Shown piece after piece: positions 59,374 through 64,000 of a stretch of DNA of 64,000 nt. This DNA is from Oscillospiraceae bacterium. Lineage in GTDB: Bacteria > Bacillota > Clostridia > UBA1381. Under the pieces are notes generated by a model, which was not told where the DNA came from, made no database searches, and saw nothing but the letters and a program-made list of their open reading frames with translations. The stretch is from positions 7,037-71,036 of the forward strand of contig JAFLUB010000005.1 in the NCBI GenBank assembly GCA_022509025.1, written 5' to 3'. The position numbers and the translations under genes are program-made. The stretch's first letter is position 1. The number at the start of each line of letters is the position of its first letter.

Positions 59374-60393
59374 TTAGTCTACAAGTGAGTCGCCGCGTCC
59401 CATGTCCATTTCATAGCCTGAGCGCTCAATGCGCTCTTTGAGGCACATAATACACTGCGCAGCCTCGTCACCTGTGCATATTTTATTATCATAAAGCGTG
59501 TAATCCGCTCTCACGCCTACCGGCGAAAGATTGGGCATAACCACATTTGCGCCCGCATCAAAGCCCTTTTCGCGTCCCTTTGGGTCAATAGTACCAAGAG
59601 CCGTTGTAGATGGAAGCAGCACCTTAGGAAGCATAAGCCTCGTCAGGGCAAGCATTGTAAGCGTCAACGGAAGCGTGCCGCCCTCTTCCTTTGCAAACGG
59701 TGTGTCACTATGCGGTATAAACGGACCTATACCGACCATGTGAGGCTGCAAGTCCTTTAAAAACAGTAAATCGTCCGCCAGATTTTCGCTTGTCTGATAT
59801 GGCGAGCCGACCATAAATCCTGCGCCGACCTGGAAGCCGAGTTCTCTCAGAGTATACAAACAGTTCTTTCTGTTTTCAAGAGACATATACTCAGGGTGGA
59901 GCTTTCTGTAATGCGCATTGTCCGCCGTTTCGTGACGCAGAAGATACCTGTCCGCGCCCGCATCCTTAAAAGCCTCGTAGCTCTCCCTTGACTTCTCGCC
60001 TATAGAAAGCGTTATAGCGCAAGCGGGGTATTTTGATTTTATTTTATAGACTATATCACATATTTTTTTATCTGTGAAAAATGTGTCCTCACCGCCCTGA
60101 AGCACATAGGTGTTAAACCCAAGTCTGTGTCCCTCGTCAGCGCATGATAGTATTTCTTCCTCAGTGAGGCGGTAGCGATTTACATTACCGTTTTCGGCGC
60201 GTATTCCGCAGTAATAGCAGCCGTTTTTGCAGTAGTTTGTAAACTCAATAAGTCCGCGGACAAATACTTTGTTGCCATAATGCTCATTGCGCACTTTAAC
60301 CGCCGCCCGAAGAAGCTCTTCAGACGGTTCGTTTTTATTTTCATCTATTATATCGGCGATTTCTTGCCTGTTCATTGACTGAATATCTATCAT
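59374..60393 (-). CDS. hydE: [FeFe]-hydrogenase maturase HydE
   Basis: RGLIEFTNYCKNGCYYCGIR, GADRYLLRHET, GIGPFIPH.DTP, GANVVMPN, YTLYDNK; start MIDIQ chosen from RBS spacing. Confidence 0.9.
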   Translation of the reverse strand: MIDIQSMNRQEIADIIDENKNEPSEELLRAAVKVRNEHYGNKVFVRGLIEFTNYCKNGCYYCGIRAENGNVNRYRLTEEEILSCADEGHRLGFNTYVLQGGEDTFFTDKKICDIVYKIKSKYPACAITLSIGEKSRESYEAFKDAGADRYLLRHETADNAHYRKLHPEYMSLENRKNCLYTLRELGFQVGAGFMVGSPYQTSENLADDLLFLKDLQPHMVGIGPFIPHSDTPFAKEEGGTLPLTLTMLALTRLMLPKVLLPSTTALGTIDPKGREKGFDAGANVVMPNLSPVGVRADYTLYDNKICTGDEAAQCIMCLKERIERSGYEMDMGRGDSLVD

Positions 60394-60513
60394 AATCTTC
60401 ATTCCTCCGCGTATCATTATAATATATATAATGCAATTTAGCAAGTGCAGATTGAATAAATAACAAAAATACGCCTTTCACAATCCAAATCATGAAAGAC
60501 GTATTTTATTTTG

Positions 60514-63498
60514 TTATTTATATTTCTCTGAACTGTACGCTTGCGCATAAGGCTTTTGTGGGTTCATATTCCAAATAAATATTTTAAAGTTCGTTAAATT
60601 GCAGTTAAACTGTTCTTTGATAATACCATCAAATTCTTCACCTAATGGCTTCATCTGTATTTTTATAAGTGTTCCTTTATCACTATATTCGGCAAATATT
60701 ATTGTCGGATTTTCAGCTGCAAGATATTTTTCTATATTAACCGCGACTGCGTTATCCGTAATGTCCGCGGATGTGATACGATACGGGTATGTATACGGCT
60801 TAGGAGTATCCGTAGGCGTCGGGCTTGGACTTACTGTTGGCTCTACCGTTGATGTCGGTGTTGGACTTACTGTTGGTTCTATCGTTGGTGTCGGTGTTGG
60901 ACTTACTGTTGGTTCTATCATTGGTGTCGGTGTTGGACTTACTGTTGGTTCTATCATTGGTGTCGGTGTTGGTGTGTCATCAAGCGTCTTTTGCGGATAG
61001 TATCTAAAAAAGGCTTTTTCATCAGGGTCGTCCTTATGTACCGGAGTTCCCAAGCTATCTGAAACTAAATCTAATCCTTTAATTGAATTATAAGGTGATT
61101 CGTCCATATAATTCTCATAGCAATCTAAAGCAACTAAATCCGGATTTCTTTCAACATTTAGTTCCTTTAGTTTATTACCATAACAAGATAAATCCCACAA
61201 TTTTTCATTTTTTGATATGTCAAGCGTTGTTAATAGATTGTTCGCACACCATAAGACCTCTAAATATTTGTTATCTGATATATTGAGTGAGGCAAGTAAA
61301 TTCCCGCAGCAGTATAAATCTGTTAAATATTCATTCTTTGACGTGTCTAACTCTCTAATAAGATTGTTATCGCAATAAAGATATATAAGATTTTCCCATG
61401 CAGATAAATCTAAGCTGTCTATTTTATTATTATCGCACCAAAGACCATACAAATCCGGAACAAGCTCATTATTAATTTCGGTTATTTCATTGTTATCACA
61501 AGTGAGCCAGTTTAAGTTTAGTAAATTTTCAATGCCATTTAAATTCTTTATTCCTTTATTACTTAAATTAATACTGCTTATTGACCACAATTTCGCCCAA
61601 TCTCTTGTAGATATCACACTGTCGGATGTTCTGTTTATTCCGTCTTTCTGCTCTAAAATGTCTATAATTGCATTACAAAAATTTATATCGCTAAAAACCT
61701 CTGAAAATTTTCTATTGTCTATTTCAATCGCATATTCATCACTCACATTCGCTTTAACTCTTATAGAAGAAGAGTTATCACCAATAACTTCTATTGATAT
61801 TCCGCTTTCAATAGTTTGAGGATGACAGTCTGATGTTGCTGAACATGATTGTCCGCGCACTCTTTGCTCATGGAAATTAGAACTTGGGGTTGTTTCACTA
61901 TTAAACTTATTACGCCCATAAGCATTCAAATATGACCATGTGGCAGCACTTGCTTTACGTTCACTACTGTTATCACTTCGTTCAATCTGTATAAATCCAT
62001 GAAATGTACTATTATTGTTATAAGCTTCAAACACATTTTCATCAACATGGTATATCAAAATTCCACCATTAAAATCTGTTTCCCCCGGGAAGTTATCATT
62101 TAACCCTTCCAGTCCCTTATCAAATCCGATTAGCTGTCTATTTTCAATTAAAAAACATTGATTAGGTTCAGCTTTACTTCTTATTTCAATCACATTATAT
62201 TCACTGTTTAGACTATCTTCTGAAATACTATTTATATCTCCCTCCCAATCATTTACTACTTCAGGAATAACATATCCCAATTTAGTTTTAGACCATGGGT
62301 CTAAATGTGCCGGAACATGACCGTCCCACCCAGCATATGGATCATCGTCATATTCTTCTGTTTTTCCTACCCCTGCGAAACGGTGTCCCCAGCTTCCTAC
62401 TGCCATAAGACTGTACATTGCAAGTCCATTTGAGGCATAATCCGGTTGATTGGAAAAATACAAATCAGGGAGATTGAAAACAGAGTGTCCAAGTTCATGG
62501 CAAGTTGTTCCGATTCCTACAGGAACATCTCCGTATACCACTTCCTCTTGAACTGTATACCGACCAAGGTCAACTCCGGTTGAAATTTTTGCTCCACCCA
62601 TTTCGGTATGTGCTCGAATACGACTTCTTCCTGCAAATATTGTGACAAGATGAAGCGATTCCCATTCTGAATTAAAATCAAAATTCTCCTCAATGGCTCT
62701 AACTGCTAATGAAACTGTTGTCATTATTTCTGTACCATTGATTTCGCTCCAGTTTTCTATTGGATGCGGCATATTAAGCGATACCTTTATGACTCCATCC
62801 CTAAAATCATCTATCTTATAGCCGACATTTAAATCCTTATAACTCGACGTACCTTTTCTATCTGTTTTTACATTAACAATCTTCGCAGGTTCGAATATAT
62901 CCAAACCATTAGCATTTTCTTTCCAATAATTCACAACGCTGAGTGCACCGGAAGTTTTATCAAACATTTTATCATGCCAATAGTTTACGCTATATTTTAT
63001 TTCAACATCATTAAATTCAATTAAAATTGCAAGTAGTTTTTGATGTGTTAGCGGTTTCTGTTGTTCATCATCAACTGACATAAGCTGAACAACGTCATTT
63101 TCAGTCGGCTGCGAATAATCAATACGCTCCGCATTTTCCCAAAGAGGCATAATATCTTCTCGCTGAATTTTATGCGAAAAAATTTCATTCGAAAAAAGCC
63201 TAAATGCTGTATTTTGCTCAACATCCTGCGAAGTCGGAACAATTTCGCCGTCTTTTATCTTAGCATATTTATAACTATTGCTTTCCTCATCATATACAAT
63301 AATATTACCGCTTTCATCCTCTTTCCAACTAAAAAATTCATCACCATAGGTTGTAACGGTAATTACATCACCATTCGGCTGGATTACTTCAACCGGAACG
63401 GGACAGATAGGCGCAGCGTAAGCAGCGGCACAAATTAAAGCAGAAAATATTATCACCGACATTATACTGCAAACCAAAAATGATACTTTCCGCAACAT
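60514..63498 (-). CDS. Secreted M6-family (InhA-like) metalloprotease with LRRs, Pro/Thr linker and C-terminal module
   Basis: AAP...QPNG......YGDEFFSW pro-region; CHELGHSVFNLPDLY; YSLMAVGSW; FLIENRQ..GFD; GGILIYHVD; LRR L..L.C.NN.L..LD; start MLRKV after GGAGGGG. Confidence 0.88.
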   Translation of the reverse strand: MLRKVSFLVCSIMSVIIFSALICAAAYAAPICPVPVEVIQPNGDVITVTTYGDEFFSWKEDESGNIIVYDEESNSYKYAKIKDGEIVPTSQDVEQNTAFRLFSNEIFSHKIQREDIMPLWENAERIDYSQPTENDVVQLMSVDDEQQKPLTHQKLLAILIEFNDVEIKYSVNYWHDKMFDKTSGALSVVNYWKENANGLDIFEPAKIVNVKTDRKGTSSYKDLNVGYKIDDFRDGVIKVSLNMPHPIENWSEINGTEIMTTVSLAVRAIEENFDFNSEWESLHLVTIFAGRSRIRAHTEMGGAKISTGVDLGRYTVQEEVVYGDVPVGIGTTCHELGHSVFNLPDLYFSNQPDYASNGLAMYSLMAVGSWGHRFAGVGKTEEYDDDPYAGWDGHVPAHLDPWSKTKLGYVIPEVVNDWEGDINSISEDSLNSEYNVIEIRSKAEPNQCFLIENRQLIGFDKGLEGLNDNFPGETDFNGGILIYHVDENVFEAYNNNSTFHGFIQIERSDNSSERKASAATWSYLNAYGRNKFNSETTPSSNFHEQRVRGQSCSATSDCHPQTIESGISIEVIGDNSSSIRVKANVSDEYAIEIDNRKFSEVFSDINFCNAIIDILEQKDGINRTSDSVISTRDWAKLWSISSINLSNKGIKNLNGIENLLNLNWLTCDNNEITEINNELVPDLYGLWCDNNKIDSLDLSAWENLIYLYCDNNLIRELDTSKNEYLTDLYCCGNLLASLNISDNKYLEVLWCANNLLTTLDISKNEKLWDLSCYGNKLKELNVERNPDLVALDCYENYMDESPYNSIKGLDLVSDSLGTPVHKDDPDEKAFFRYYPQKTLDDTPTPTPMIEPTVSPTPTPMIEPTVSPTPTPTIEPTVSPTPTSTVEPTVSPSPTPTDTPKPYTYPYRITSADITDNAVAVNIEKYLAAENPTIIFAEYSDKGTLIKIQMKPLGEEFDGIIKEQFNCNLTNFKIFIWNMNPQKPYAQAYSSEKYK
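60826..60975 (-). repeat. 36-bp coding tandem repeat (about 4 copies, EPTVSPTPTPMI-type linker)
   Basis: ggacttactgttggttctatcattggtgtcggtgtt repeated. Confidence 0.9.
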
Positions 63499-63522
63499 TA
63501 ACACCCCTCCTTTTTGCAATAT

Positions 63523-63666
63523 AAAAATGCGCGGTCAAAACCGCGCACAAAAAACGCTGCTTTGACTATTGCGACATAGTTCATTCCAATTCCGGTATGA
63601 TTAACAAGGCATACGTTTTTTACTAACGTAAACCGAAATTGAAAAAATTATTAAACTATGCCGCAA
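63523..63666 (-). ncRNA. Structured 5' leader with terminator and alternative antiterminator upstream of the M6 protease
   Basis: Promoter TTTACA(63699)-17-TGnTATAAT(63676); long hairpin 63666-63569; terminator tgcgcggt-tttg-accgcgca-ttttt (63547-63523); competing helix gtcaaagc.gcg / cgc.gttttgac. Confidence 0.55.
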
Positions 63667-63812
63667 AAATATTATACCATATTATAAAAACAATGTAAAC
63701 ACTTTCCCACGAAATTCACTTCCAAACAGAATTGGATAAATTATAACAACAAAAAATGCATCTTACGTAATTTTCAGTCACGAAAGACGCATTTTATTTT
63801 TTATAAGAAATA

Positions 63813-64000
63813 TTAACCTACAGGATCATATGCATAGAATCCTTTTGCATTTACTTTACAACCACATTCATCCTTCTCGCCATCATCAAAATAAACTTCA
63901 AAATTAACAACATAGTAATCTTCCACAAGCTTAATATTATATTTGTAATTTGCAGTTTTAGAAATATTAAGAAATTCACGCGCTATCTCGACAGCTTCTG
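63813..64000 (-). CDS. 3' end of a hypothetical protein entering from the right edge (possibly PepSY-like)
   Basis: EAVEIAREFLNISKTANYKYNIKLVEDYYVVNFEVYFDDGEKDECGCKVNAKGFYAYDPVG*; followed by a hairpin at about 63755-63795. Confidence 0.6.
   Translation of the reverse strand, partial: EAVEIAREFLNISKTANYKYNIKLVEDYYVVNFEVYFDDGEKDECGCKVNAKGFYAYDPVG

Noticed and set aside
59374-60393. Biotin synthase BioB
   Set aside because: YLLRHET, GPFIPH and the C-terminal Y.LY.NK motifs, with no bio genes nearby, favour HydE.

Overview
Chromosomal segment of a Clostridia-class Firmicute, probably a gut organism (inferred from gene content, the CIRCE element and sigmaA-type promoters). Almost all genes are on the minus strand. 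Core and metabolic content: copA, araA, thiSGHE, groESL, a class A PBP, metY-cysK, a pfl locus, trimeric [FeFe]-hydrogenase hydCBA, GH2 and GH35 beta-galactosidases, a heparinase II/III-like protein, feoAAB, uxuA, split transketolase, mrnC-cysS, nfnAB, an RluA-family synthase and hydE. There are several large secreted or surface proteins, including a >2160-aa adhesin missing from the ORF track because it runs off the left edge. No rRNA, tRNA, CRISPR array, transposase or integrase was seen. Most notable observations: (1) pyruvate formate-lyase cleanly split into a core and a stand-alone glycyl-radical subunit; (2) an unannotated 17-aa leader ORF ending RMCSC upstream of metY-cysK; (3) an unannotated type I toxin-antitoxin-like cassette with a 20-aa hydrophobic peptide and a convergent sRNA; (4) an unnamed ~80-aa module shared by two unrelated secreted proteins behind Pro/Thr linkers; (5) a family of dispersed intergenic hairpin elements next to ribosome-binding sites; (6) a thiS-type (HMP-PP) riboswitch candidate and a ThiS with a blocked C-terminus; (7) two apparent pseudo-enzymes (subtilase and oleate hydratase); (8) a terminator/antiterminator leader upstream of an M6 protease. 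All calls were made by eye from motifs; no database searches were run.
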